A stretch of DNA of 49,339 nt from a virus, in IMG/VR virus record IMGVR_UViG_3300045988_118528, positions 1 through 49,339 of that record. One strand, given 5' to 3'. Below are positions 16,610-25,407 of this stretch, one piece after another. Both the position numbers and the translations under genes were made by a program. Every line of letters begins with the position of its first letter. The stretch's first letter is position 1. The notes under the pieces were generated by a model. It was not told where the DNA came from. It was given only the letters and a program-made list of their open reading frames with translations, and searched no databases.

Positions 16610-18151
16610 TTAATATGATCCATTAGCAGGCCCATCAACAAGCGGACTGCTAAGAGCATCTCGAGTAAATTTATCACGTGCATCTTCTGCATCTTTAACA
16701 CCATAAAAATTATTAGTTAGTTTAACATCGGTCTGACGATTGCTGTTATCTATCCCACCAGCTCTACGATCATCAATAGACAGATGCACGTTTTTATTGC
16801 CATTACCGAAAAAGTTGAGCAATTTGTTAAAGATAGGTGCGACAAAATCCCACCACTTAAACAAGGTATCCTTCATGCTGTCAAAGGTTTTGTTAAAGCT
16901 GTTTTTAAGCTTGTCCCACGACTTAGCCACTCTATCAGTTGATTCCTTACTACCAGAAACAAACATTCTAATAATATCGTTAACAAACTGAACTGCATCA
17001 TAGACTGTTTTAGCCCAGTTCCAGACTGTAATACCAATACTGAGTAAAAGTTCACCAAAATCAATAACATGTGGCTTTATCTCGGTCCAGACTTCTAACA
17101 TAACAGTTTTAAATTCTTCAAAGGCTTCCAGCGCATCATCAACAAAACCATTGATAATTTTTTTCGCATTCTCAGTACTCCCAAAAATCGATTCATAAAA
17201 ATCGCCAAAAGCACTTTCTCCGCCTTCGAGCCATACTATAAAGTCTTCAAAAACTAACCCTATAGCCAAAAGTGCTGCCAATAGCGCACCCCATGGCGAT
17301 AAAATAAAACCACGTGCAGTTAAAAGGAGTTTCTCTAAAACTGGTAACATATGTGTAGCTACAGCAACTCCAATTCCAATCAAAACAGGTATCAATGCTT
17401 CGGCGTGCTGCGCCATAAAAGACAACCCTTCGGCAATTTTCGTAGCTGCCGGAGCAAGTACCCTGTAAACCGGCAGAAGCATCATCTTCATAGCTCTGGC
17501 TAAATCATTACTGGCATTAGTAAATTCTTTGGCCGCTTTAGCATCTTCTTTGGTATACACACCAAGCCTTTTAACATGTTCTAACTGAGCATTGATACCG
17601 GCACTGCCTTGCTGTAGCCATGCCACAACATCAGCCCTGCCGATGCCTATCTGCCGGCCTATTCCTGTAGCTTCCTGTTTGCTCATATTGCGGAAAGAAT
17701 CTGCCATCTCCATTAAATATTGTTCAGAGTTTTTTAATTCGCCATTAACATTTTTTACTGGTGTTAATAACCCCTTTTCTACTGCATCTTTTAACGGACC
17801 ACTGTCATTATAAGCAAGATCTGTCATCCAATCGTTAATATCCGCAAACAGTTCACCAACTTCCTCTCCTGCGACACCTGCCATCTCAGCGGCACCCTGC
17901 CACTGCTGCAATTTCTCAATATTGATGCCTAAGGATTCGCTTAATCTGTCTACCTGAATAATCTCCTGCGTAAACTGCTGCACTATCTGTCCTGATGTAA
18001 TAGCGGCTAAAGCAGGGGCAACCACACCCATAGCGATACTTTTCAATTTGCTGCTTACATTATCAACTAGTGCATTGATATTTTTATCTACATCGCTGGT
18101 GTCCATACCAATAGCAATAAAAAATTCATCGACAATATTCCTACCTGCCAT
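16610..18151 (-). CDS. Tail tape measure protein
   Basis: About 513 aa. Start at ATG 18149..18151 (MAGRNIVDEFF) after GGAGGAGG. Helical, with central hydrophobic segments (LIPVLIGIGVAVATHMLPVL...). Follows the frameshifted chaperone pair. Confidence 0.7.
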   Translation of the reverse strand: MAGRNIVDEFFIAIGMDTSDVDKNINALVDNVSSKLKSIAMGVVAPALAAITSGQIVQQFTQEIIQVDRLSESLGINIEKLQQWQGAAEMAGVAGEEVGELFADINDWMTDLAYNDSGPLKDAVEKGLLTPVKNVNGELKNSEQYLMEMADSFRNMSKQEATGIGRQIGIGRADVVAWLQQGSAGINAQLEHVKRLGVYTKEDAKAAKEFTNASNDLARAMKMMLLPVYRVLAPAATKIAEGLSFMAQHAEALIPVLIGIGVAVATHMLPVLEKLLLTARGFILSPWGALLAALLAIGLVFEDFIVWLEGGESAFGDFYESIFGSTENAKKIINGFVDDALEAFEEFKTVMLEVWTEIKPHVIDFGELLLSIGITVWNWAKTVYDAVQFVNDIIRMFVSGSKESTDRVAKSWDKLKNSFNKTFDSMKDTLFKWWDFVAPIFNKLLNFFGNGNKNVHLSIDDRRAGGIDNSNRQTDVKLTNNFYGVKDAEDARDKFTRDALSSPLVDGPANGSY

Positions 18152-18784
18152 TATTTCGTTTCGCCTCCTCCATCGCTCGATATTCATTGATATTATTGAC
18201 TACAACGATCTCATAAAAATCGAGCAGATCCTCGTAGCTGTAAACGCTCTGCAGTTCGCAAAGCGTTGCCAACTTTTGAGATACTACGATACCGGTCAGC
18301 GTCCCGACGTTGCGGTAGTTTTCGCAAAGGTAATTGACGGCTGGACCTGTTGACCTTGGGCACTCTGCCCGATCTGAAAAAAATCAAAATTCACCTTTAA
18401 TGCTTCCCATCTCAGGCGATACAGATTTTTAAATTCACCGATAATCGTATCGATATTCGCCGCAGTACACGGCACAGAAAAGCTTGTATTAACTGGGTCT
18501 GGTACGTGCTCACAACAATTCAAAAGCTCATCGTAAAGCGGCTCTACTTTGTCATAATCCAGCTGACCAATAACCTTAAAAATTTCCTGCAGTTTGTCGG
18601 TCCCACTGAATTTAGATTTTAAACTACTAAATTCAAAATCGCTGATTTGTCCAGTAGCAGAGTTAGCCAATAAAGCAACAACTCTGTTAACCCATCGTTC
18701 GCCTTTGGTTGCTGGCATTTGTTTGACCTTAAAAGTCAACTGGCGGCCATCGTCAGTAATATTAAATAAAACTTCTTTTCTCAT
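18141..18784 (-). CDS. Tail assembly chaperone long form (gpGT-like) via programmed -1 frameshift
   Basis: On the minus strand, GAT TTT TTT CAG (A7 on the + strand at 18377..18383). The -1 frame from there stays open for 78 codons (SDRAECPRSTGPAVNYLCENYRNVGTLTGIVVSQKLATLCELQSVYSYEDLLDFYEIVVVNNINEYRAMEEAKRNNGR) and stops at 18141..18143, just inside the tape measure start. Confidence 0.6.
18296..18784 (-). CDS. Tail assembly chaperone (gpG-like, short product)
   Basis: 162 aa. Lies between the tube and tape measure genes and contains a U7 slippery run near its 3' end. Confidence 0.65.
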   Translation of the reverse strand: MRKEVLFNITDDGRQLTFKVKQMPATKGERWVNRVVALLANSATGQISDFEFSSLKSKFSGTDKLQEIFKVIGQLDYDKVEPLYDELLNCCEHVPDPVNTSFSVPCTAANIDTIIGEFKNLYRLRWEALKVNFDFFQIGQSAQGQQVQPSITFAKTTATSGR

Positions 18785-18794
18785 AATTTACTCC

Positions 18795-19220
18795 TTATTT
18801 AACACTTTCAAAATCGAATGTATAAGGGATCGGCGCAAAAACCTGCTGTGCATCTGCCAAAAGCTTGCCTGTCTTTAATACACCGTTGCTGTAAGTAAGC
18901 GTTTTACCAAGTGCCGGAATAGACATCAGCAATGTAAGCCAGTAAATCTTTTTCCCTGAACGTGTCGCCCTGGCTAAAGTATCAAGATATTCGACGCTAG
19001 GGCTGGATGGTTCAAGTGTAATAGTCAAAGTTTTTACTCCGTCTACATAACCGGCAACCATTTGACCGTCGACGCCTTTTCGTGTTTCTGCAAAGGTTTC
19101 ATCTGCCTGTGAAATCATAGCATCAGTAGAAAATTGTTCTAAAATGATACCCTGCGGAAATAAATCTTCGCATTGTAATACAATTGTCGCATCAGCGGAT
19201 GTAATGTTTCTATTTTCCAT
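18795..19220 (-). CDS. Tail tube protein (DUF3277-like)
   Basis: 141 aa. Lies between the sheath and chaperone genes. Size and position are typical of a tube protein. Confidence 0.55.
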   Translation of the reverse strand: MENRNITSADATIVLQCEDLFPQGIILEQFSTDAMISQADETFAETRKGVDGQMVAGYVDGVKTLTITLEPSSPSVEYLDTLARATRSGKKIYWLTLLMSIPALGKTLTYSNGVLKTGKLLADAQQVFAPIPYTFDFESVK

Positions 19221-19262
19221 GTTGTCAACTCCTTAATTTTAATAAAAAATATTTAACCCTTC

Positions 19263-19291
19263 TTGTTTTATACGTGTACACGTGTTATAAT
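19263..19291 (+). promoter_or_regulatory. hicAB promoter with palindromic operator in the spacer
   Basis: TTGTTT (19263..19268), a 17-bp spacer, then TGtTATAAT (extended -10, TATAAT at 19286..19291). The perfect 12-bp palindrome ACGTGTACACGT (19272..19283) lies in the spacer. Confidence 0.55.
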
Positions 19292-19313
19292 ATGTATGTG
19301 AGGAGGTCAGCCA

Positions 19314-19499
19314 ATGGTCACAATGAAAGATAAAGACCTGCTAAAATTACTAATAAAAAATGGTTGGGAATTAGATGGCATAAAAGGCAGCCATCACCGA
19401 CTAAAGAAAGATGGTAAATTAGAGGTTATACCAGTTCATGGAAAAGACATGAAACTCGGACTATTAAAAAAGATTTTAAAAAGAACAGGGCTTGAATAA
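19314..19499 (+). CDS. hicA: HicA mRNA-interferase toxin
   Basis: 61 aa. LLIKNGWELDGIKGSHHRLKKDGKLEVIPVHGKDMKLGLLKKILKRTGL matches the HicA signature (GSHH...IP.H...L..G.L..IL). AGGAGG RBS. Confidence 0.85.
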   Translation: MVTMKDKDLLKLLIKNGWELDGIKGSHHRLKKDGKLEVIPVHGKDMKLGLLKKILKRTGLE

Positions 19500-19535
19500 A
19501 GCCCCGTTCTACATATTATAAAAGGAGTAAATATT

Positions 19536-19922
19536 ATGTTACTTATTTATCCAGCAATTATACACGATGACAAAGACGGTTTATGGGCAGAATTTCCAGA
19601 TTTAGTTGGATGCTCTACACAAGGGGACAACCAACAAGAAATTCTTGCAAACGCTGCTGAAGCAGTGGAGTGTTATATCTTAGGTATTTTGGAAGCAGGG
19701 GAAAAACTTCCTCAAGCAACCTCTCCTAAGAATATTATTCTCGAAGAAGAAAATACATATATATCTTTAATTCAGGCAAATATAGATTTAGCGAAAAATA
19801 CTAAATCTGTCAAAAAAACTTTGACCATCCCAGCTTGGCTTAATCAAAAAGCATTAGACGAAAATATAAACTTCTCTAATGTTTTGCAAAAAGCTCTGAT
19901 TAAAGAATTAAAAATCGGATAA
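19536..19922 (+). CDS. hicB: HicB antitoxin
   Basis: 128 aa. YPAIIHDDKDGLWAEFPDLVGCSTQGDNQQEILANAAEAVECYI is the HicB N-domain. The C-terminal KKTLTIPAWLNQKA is RHH-like. Confidence 0.8.
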   Translation: MLLIYPAIIHDDKDGLWAEFPDLVGCSTQGDNQQEILANAAEAVECYILGILEAGEKLPQATSPKNIILEEENTYISLIQANIDLAKNTKSVKKTLTIPAWLNQKALDENINFSNVLQKALIKELKIG

Positions 19923-19954
19923 AAAAGATCCCTCAATTACGAGGGATCTTTTTT
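19921..19954. terminator. Bidirectional rho-independent terminator (ends hicB on + and the sheath gene on -)
   Basis: A6-GATCCCTC-aattac-GAGGGATC-T6. Confidence 0.75.
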
Positions 19955-19956
19955 AT

Positions 19957-21450
19957 TTATAATACTGCTGTAGCTGGCAATTCTACCTTATGAACACTGC
20001 CGCCATATGTATACCACAGTCCCATAACAGGACTTTCGCGGTTAGCACGAACAACTGCCCCCGGGTCTGTTATCTGTAGATAGTAGCCGTTAGTAAATAT
20101 CTCACTGGATACATCCTGACCGATTTCGGTAATCAGCTCAGCTTTCTGCGCTTCAGATAAAGTCACCCCAGTATCAATAATGCCATTATTCAGTGCTCTG
20201 TTGATTGGATCACTGCACCACGCTCTGATAATGGCATAGCCACGTTCTACGTATGGTACACGGCCTGTTTGATTCAAGCCGTTCATAATAGCTACCTGCA
20301 AAGCGTTACGCAGCCAGATATTACCAACATATGCATCAGCATAACCAAAGTTACCGCCAATCATCTTGCCCTGATAATATTGGATAAAGTCATCATTACG
20401 TGTAGCCCAACGTCCGTAATAGTTACAATTCATAGCTACCAGATTTTCAGCAGTGGTTTCATCTGTCACGGATGCAGCTAACCCTGTTTGTGTTTTGAAA
20501 GCATAAGTTACAAGGCCGTTTACCCTGTTCCAATCAATGCACGCACCGATAGATAGGACCAGTAAAGCATCTTCTAACCCACCAAAGGTTAAGATAGTTC
20601 CTTCAAGATTTGCTGCAATTAAAGTATTAGGCAAATTGGAAGTATTGCTGGGCAGCGTATCTGCAGGGTTTTGTGTCCAAGGGCAATACATATAAGAAAC
20701 ATTCTGCAGGTTAGTCCATTCGGCCAAAGCAACAACAGTTGCATCATCTACTGCATCCAACGTGGTAAAACTTACCCAGTTTTGGTTTTGATCGATAATG
20801 CTGTCCATATTTTGACTCGGGGTAAGTTCAGCAGAGCCGGCAGATACCAAAGCTCCGGTATCTGTAGTAAGACCTAAAGCCTGTGCCGGAGTATAACCTC
20901 CAACCGCAGTGCCACCAGAAGCAACTGAAACTGCCGATGCAACACCGGTCGTAGCCGATGTAACAATAAAGCTGCCTAAATTACTGTTATAGTTTACTGT
21001 AGTCCCCGTAAGTTTTGCCTGCAACGCTGCAGCCACATCGCTTTGAGTATTGGCGCTGCTAAAATCCAGCCCTGTCACACTTTTTTCAGTACCGTCGATA
21101 CTGATAGTCAAACCACCGTCTGTAATGGTTTTCAGCGTTTCCAGATTTTGCGCTGTGCCCCCGATCAAACTACCGGCTGCTGCTTCAGTTAGCAAGCGGG
21201 CAAAACGCAGACGGCGCGGTTTCCTAAAGCTCTTATCATAACCTAAAAAATATTTTGTTGCAGCCAGATATTCAGCACTGTCAAGTCCGAAATAACTTCC
21301 TACAGCTGCTTTAGATGTAAAAGCCATTGTCCCGGGCACGATGCACAAAGGATTTGTTGTTAAAATAAGCCCTGTAATTTCCAGATCATTACCGCCGGCA
21401 TTAATAACCCGCGGTGTAACATTTACAATTTGTGATGCAGGAATTGCCAT
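19957..21450 (-). CDS. Tail sheath-like structural protein (DUF3383-like)
   Basis: About 497 aa. Start at ATG 21448..21450 (MAIPASQIVNVTPRVINAGG) after AAAGGAG. A large structural protein upstream of the tube, chaperone and tape measure genes. Confidence 0.55.
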   Translation of the reverse strand: MAIPASQIVNVTPRVINAGGNDLEITGLILTTNPLCIVPGTMAFTSKAAVGSYFGLDSAEYLAATKYFLGYDKSFRKPRRLRFARLLTEAAAGSLIGGTAQNLETLKTITDGGLTISIDGTEKSVTGLDFSSANTQSDVAAALQAKLTGTTVNYNSNLGSFIVTSATTGVASAVSVASGGTAVGGYTPAQALGLTTDTGALVSAGSAELTPSQNMDSIIDQNQNWVSFTTLDAVDDATVVALAEWTNLQNVSYMYCPWTQNPADTLPSNTSNLPNTLIAANLEGTILTFGGLEDALLVLSIGACIDWNRVNGLVTYAFKTQTGLAASVTDETTAENLVAMNCNYYGRWATRNDDFIQYYQGKMIGGNFGYADAYVGNIWLRNALQVAIMNGLNQTGRVPYVERGYAIIRAWCSDPINRALNNGIIDTGVTLSEAQKAELITEIGQDVSSEIFTNGYYLQITDPGAVVRANRESPVMGLWYTYGGSVHKVELPATAVL

Positions 21451-21454
21451 AATA

Positions 21455-21976
21455 TCACTCCTTTTTTGGTTTATGGTGAGCGTCGATATTTTCGACCAGG
21501 TTGATCTCAACCTTTTCTGCATACTCCTGGCTAGTGCTAACGCTTTCCCATTGTGTCAGGTGCAGCGTCACACGATAGCGGTGTATGTATTGGTCACTTA
21601 AATCGACAAAAGGTAAATAGGCCATATCGTCAGCGTAATTAAAGCCGATAGCATAACCTTTGAAAAAATCAACTGCAATATAATCGCGTCCAAGAGTAGC
21701 CAATGCTGAGGCTCTTTTGTGTGCTGTCATCTGATCATCACAGACAAAGTCAATGTCAATCGTGTATTCATACAGGGCCTTTGTCGTATAGATATTGTCG
21801 GCAGCCTGCGCATCGTCGCCGATATTAGTACCTACACGCGAAGTATCAGACACAGAAATTACCGTATAATCCTGAACATCCGGCAGACTGGCCCTGTTAA
21901 AATAACCTCGGTAAATATTGTCCTGTACCACACCAGGCGCGAATTTCAAAATAAAATCGTTTACTGCCTCAAACAT
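21455..21976 (-). CDS. Head-tail joining / tail completion protein (hypothetical)
   Basis: Start set at ATG 21974..21976 (MFEAVNDF), overlapping the upstream stop. Call is positional. Confidence 0.45.
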   Translation of the reverse strand: MFEAVNDFILKFAPGVVQDNIYRGYFNRASLPDVQDYTVISVSDTSRVGTNIGDDAQAADNIYTTKALYEYTIDIDFVCDDQMTAHKRASALATLGRDYIAVDFFKGYAIGFNYADDMAYLPFVDLSDQYIHRYRVTLHLTQWESVSTSQEYAEKVEINLVENIDAHHKPKKE

Positions 21977-22415
21977 TTGTATCACCCTTGCTCCAGTCAC
22001 TGGCGCTAAAATCCGGTGCCGTGATTTGCTGACTGATGCCTGCATTAGCCCAGCCGTCACGTGTCCAATCCTCAATAACAGACGTTATCAGCCACCAAGT
22101 ACCATCAATCCGTTTAATAAAATCACCACTGCGTAAAAGCGGCTGACGTTGTCCTGCTGAAATCGGCATCACCATATCCGAATATAAAAAAATCTGCTCA
22201 CTGGCTTTGGTATCACCCACACGTTCAAGATGCTGCAGCGCCTGTGTATCCAGCGGCTGAAAATTTACCTTAACGGATTGCGGCTCACTATATTTGCTTT
22301 TGACTATGCCTTTGACGTTGACCTGTCCGACAGATTGATAAAGAGTACATTCTTCATCAGGATGCACAGCAGTAATAACGCCCCGCACGACCTTATGCAA
22401 GTTTAAACCTATCAT
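21969..22415 (-). CDS. Head-tail joining protein (hypothetical)
   Basis: 148-aa ORF in the connector block, translationally coupled on both sides. Confidence 0.45.
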   Translation of the reverse strand: MIGLNLHKVVRGVITAVHPDEECTLYQSVGQVNVKGIVKSKYSEPQSVKVNFQPLDTQALQHLERVGDTKASEQIFLYSDMVMPISAGQRQPLLRSGDFIKRIDGTWWLITSVIEDWTRDGWANAGISQQITAPDFSASDWSKGDTNV

Positions 22416-22903
22416 GCCTTCACCTCATAACTGACAGCGCCAATCATTTGACCTGTATCGATCAATACTGTTTCAGGATTTATCGCCTGCAGATTCTTAC
22501 CGGTGCGGGCACGCCGTTCTTTAGCTTTTTCTGTAGATTCTTTATTACCACCAGGCGGCCACGCCTTAATCGTCTTTTTAACATCGCCTACAGCTACAAC
22601 AGCGGCACGTTCATAAGCCAGCTTGACACCTGACCTTGACATACCTGCCATTTTGATATTTTTTTTGATACCAAGTACCCATTTCTTAATATTCTTGCGT
22701 GCAGTGCGCTTCATAAAAGGCCGACGCGGATTATGTCCGCCGTATTCGTTAAGATAGGCCACATAAGCCACTGATGTTCCATTTGGGTAAGTAGCCCTAT
22801 CAAAAAAGCCTACCTTTGCCTGCGCCTTGATCGCCGCTATTTCCCGCAGTTTTTGCTGCAACTTTTCGCCACCGGTTATTTTTTTAACATGGATGCCAGG
22901 CAT
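22412..22903 (-). CDS. HK97 gp10-like head-tail connector protein
   Basis: Start at ATG 22901..22903 (MPGIHVKKITGGEKLQQKL...). ...AYLNEYGGHNPRRPFMKRT resembles the HK97 gp10 family. Confidence 0.5.
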   Translation of the reverse strand: MPGIHVKKITGGEKLQQKLREIAAIKAQAKVGFFDRATYPNGTSVAYVAYLNEYGGHNPRRPFMKRTARKNIKKWVLGIKKNIKMAGMSRSGVKLAYERAAVVAVGDVKKTIKAWPPGGNKESTEKAKERRARTGKNLQAINPETVLIDTGQMIGAVSYEVKA

Positions 22904-23264
22904 TATAGCGCACCCCCAGACGATATTTAGCAGTAGCCGCCCAGTAAATTGCTCCGCACTGCGTCTGCTGATACCAGTTAGCATTATTGAACGGCGTTAC
23001 CGACACATTGACTTTTCCCTCTGCTGCACTTGTTATTGTTCCTACCAGCGTGTCACCTCGCTCTTTCAGCGTTGCAATATGGCAGGTCAGGATATAAAGC
23101 AGCGTTTCGCGTTCAGCAAGGTCCGTAACCAGCGATTTAGGCGTGTTATTCAAAAGCAGAGTTGCCGCATTAAAATAATTAGTTAAGATAACATCGGACA
23201 CTGCAGCAAATTGCGGATACAGTTCCTTGAATTTGGCAGGATCAAATATTACTACTCCGTCCAT
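22884..23264 (-). CDS. Head-tail adaptor (DUF4054-like)
   Basis: 126 aa. FDPAKFKELYPQF...ETLLYILTCHIATL resembles DUF4054/gp6-like adaptors. Confidence 0.45.
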   Translation of the reverse strand: MDGVVIFDPAKFKELYPQFAAVSDVILTNYFNAATLLLNNTPKSLVTDLAERETLLYILTCHIATLKERGDTLVGTITSAAEGKVNVSVTPFNNANWYQQTQCGAIYWAATAKYRLGVRYNAWHPC

Positions 23265-23266
23265 GA

Positions 23267-23794
23267 TCAGCCATTATAGGGACGGCTGTTTGCTTTTTTG
23301 GTATCGGCAGGCTCAAAACCATGTCGCAATTCAGCGCGTTCTTTGGCTGCGGCCCTGGCTTTAGATGCCGTAGTAGCAAAAACCAATCCTTTTTTAATAA
23401 ACTCATCGTCAGGACGATGTTTTAAAATCCATTCCCAGGCATCTTTGGGCACGCCTGTAGTCACACCATAGCCACCGATAGGGATAATGCCTTTTTCTTT
23501 ACCGCGCAGGTTTGTGGCATTACCTTTGATAACTATAGCTACTTGACGGCCGGAATTATCTGGAACCATAAATTTCAAGTCGCGCGGGTAGTTAGAGCAG
23601 ACGGTTACAGTTTCACCGCTAGTCTGCATCGGTGCTTCTTCGACAGTTTCTTCTGTTTCGCCACCGATTACTTCGCCGTCAACAACTTCGTCAGCAGTAG
23701 CCGTCGAAGTCACTTTTTCCGCTTCTTGTGCCGTTTCTGTAGTTTTGTTTTCAACTTCGTCAGTAGTAGGTTTAGATGTTCTTTTAGTTGCCAT
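23267..23794 (-). CDS. Hypothetical head-associated protein with acidic N-terminal region
   Basis: 175-aa ORF after the capsid-gene terminator. AAGGAG RBS. Confidence 0.5.
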   Translation of the reverse strand: MATKRTSKPTTDEVENKTTETAQEAEKVTSTATADEVVDGEVIGGETEETVEEAPMQTSGETVTVCSNYPRDLKFMVPDNSGRQVAIVIKGNATNLRGKEKGIIPIGGYGVTTGVPKDAWEWILKHRPDDEFIKKGLVFATTASKARAAAKERAELRHGFEPADTKKANSRPYNG

Positions 23795-23811
23795 ATTATC
23801 GCTCCTTTAAA

Positions 23812-23841
23812 TAAAAAAGGCACCTGTGTTTCACAGATGCC
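23812..23841 (-). terminator. Rho-independent terminator after the major capsid gene
   Basis: Minus-strand RNA: GGCAUCUGUG-aaa-CACAGGUGCC plus U6 (one G-U pair), followed directly by the next gene's RBS. Confidence 0.7.
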
Positions 23842-23853
23842 TTAATTTTAAGT

Positions 23854-24873
23854 TTATACGCCTGCCATGCTGGCGATCGCAAACGGACGATAGATAATCG
23901 CGCCATAAGTACCAAATGCAAATTTCTGCTCCCAGCTGGAAGTATTTGGGATAAGCTGGAATGCACGCATTTTTTCGCTATACCCCAGTTGTGCAGTCGG
24001 TAAGCCCTGTACAGTCCTAGCAATCAGCATAACACTGTTACCGCTGGTTGCTGCTAATTCAGGCAAAGTTACAAAGCTGATATTGTCAAAATACTTAGTA
24101 AGCATATCTTTGACGCTAACGTTGAAATCAGTAGCTTTGCCCAGCATAACATTGACAGTAGGCGGAACTGCAAGCACAAGGTCGGACTTTTCGTCGATAT
24201 TGCCATTAGAGTTCTCAAACAGTTCTGCTGCCAAAAGCAGGATATCATTATAAATCTGTTGAGTAGTTTTATCTGTCCATTTAGTCTTGTCTGTATCAAC
24301 TACGGACGGTGTCAGTGCAGCAGGCAAATTGGGGTCATTGAGTAACCCATAGATTTCTTTACCTTTCACGCCATACAAATAAAACTTATTCTGTTCCTTG
24401 TTGATGATTGTAGCGGCGCTACGCTGTTTTTCAGATGCCAGATTGATCATGGCCCGGCCAGACACTGCCATTTCTAACTCACCATAACGGATATGGGTTT
24501 GAGCCAGATAATTTTGACGTGTCGGATAGGTAACATTAACGTCAGCTGTAGCACCGTTGCCGTAGTCGGTGTACTCAGTGCTTTCACCGGTAGCCTCAAC
24601 AGCCTTGAAGATAGCATTGCTGTCAGTCCAGTCGCCTTTCTTCGTTTCACCAAAGATCTCGCGGGCGTTAGTTGGTGCTGTAAGAATTTCCACTACAGCA
24701 GGATCAATCCATGTAGTCATTACAGCTGGTACACCGCTGTTAGGAGCAGTAATCATTGCAGCGCTATCCTGTAAAATACGCTGCATATTTTTTTCAGTAA
24801 TAAAGCCTTGTGCGCGATCAAAGACAAATCCCTTTTCGCGCATCAAGCGCATTGCATCTCTTTCAGTAAGCAT
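23854..24873 (-). CDS. Major capsid protein (DUF2184-like)
   Basis: 339 aa. Follows the scaffold/DUF2213-like gene and a small structural gene. Has its own downstream terminator. Confidence 0.65.
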   Translation of the reverse strand: MLTERDAMRLMREKGFVFDRAQGFITEKNMQRILQDSAAMITAPNSGVPAVMTTWIDPAVVEILTAPTNAREIFGETKKGDWTDSNAIFKAVEATGESTEYTDYGNGATADVNVTYPTRQNYLAQTHIRYGELEMAVSGRAMINLASEKQRSAATIINKEQNKFYLYGVKGKEIYGLLNDPNLPAALTPSVVDTDKTKWTDKTTQQIYNDILLLAAELFENSNGNIDEKSDLVLAVPPTVNVMLGKATDFNVSVKDMLTKYFDNISFVTLPELAATSGNSVMLIARTVQGLPTAQLGYSEKMRAFQLIPNTSSWEQKFAFGTYGAIIYRPFAIASMAGV

Positions 24874-24888
24874 TATTTATGTCCCCCC

Positions 24889-25392
24889 TTACGCGCCAGC
24901 TGCCGGAATAACCGGAGTGGCTCCGTAGTTAGTAATAATCGCGATGCCACCAGCTTCTGCACCAGTAGCAAATGCCCAGTCGGTTTCAACCGAGCCGGAC
25001 ACAGTAGCACCAGCAGCGCCACCCGATACAGCGCCTGTAGTTAAATTTGCAAACACCTTCTGCCCCTTGGTTACTGCAGCCTCCGGTTGAACATAGAAGT
25101 CGCCTTCGACCATAATGCATGGAGTACAACCTTCAGGCACAAAGTTCTGTGCAGGATCAAAGGATGCGATAGGATAAATCACATCGCGACAGACGAAGCC
25201 TAAAGGCTTGCCAGTACCGCGGGGCAAAACTTCGCCCTCATTGCTCGGGTCATCCCAGCAGAAACCACCGATAGGTACATCGGCGCCTGCAATACGGCCG
25301 AGCGATGTAGATACGATAGGATTGACAGACGCAAACGCACCCGGTACGCCCACCGCAGGATAAATATTTACTTTAGTTTGAAAATCAGCCAT
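24889..25392 (-). CDS. Head structural/decoration-like protein
   Basis: 167-aa Gly/Ala/Val/Pro-rich ORF between the scaffold-like and capsid genes. Confidence 0.4.
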   Translation of the reverse strand: MADFQTKVNIYPAVGVPGAFASVNPIVSTSLGRIAGADVPIGGFCWDDPSNEGEVLPRGTGKPLGFVCRDVIYPIASFDPAQNFVPEGCTPCIMVEGDFYVQPEAAVTKGQKVFANLTTGAVSGGAAGATVSGSVETDWAFATGAEAGGIAIITNYGATPVIPAAGA

Positions 25393-25407
25393 TATTTTAA
25401 TCCTCCT

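Noticed and set aside
23796-24023. 75-aa minus-strand ORF overlapping the 3' end of the capsid gene and its terminator
   Set aside because: It is in an alternate frame of the capsid gene, runs through the terminator hairpin, has no RBS and has an Arg/Leu/Ser-rich composition.
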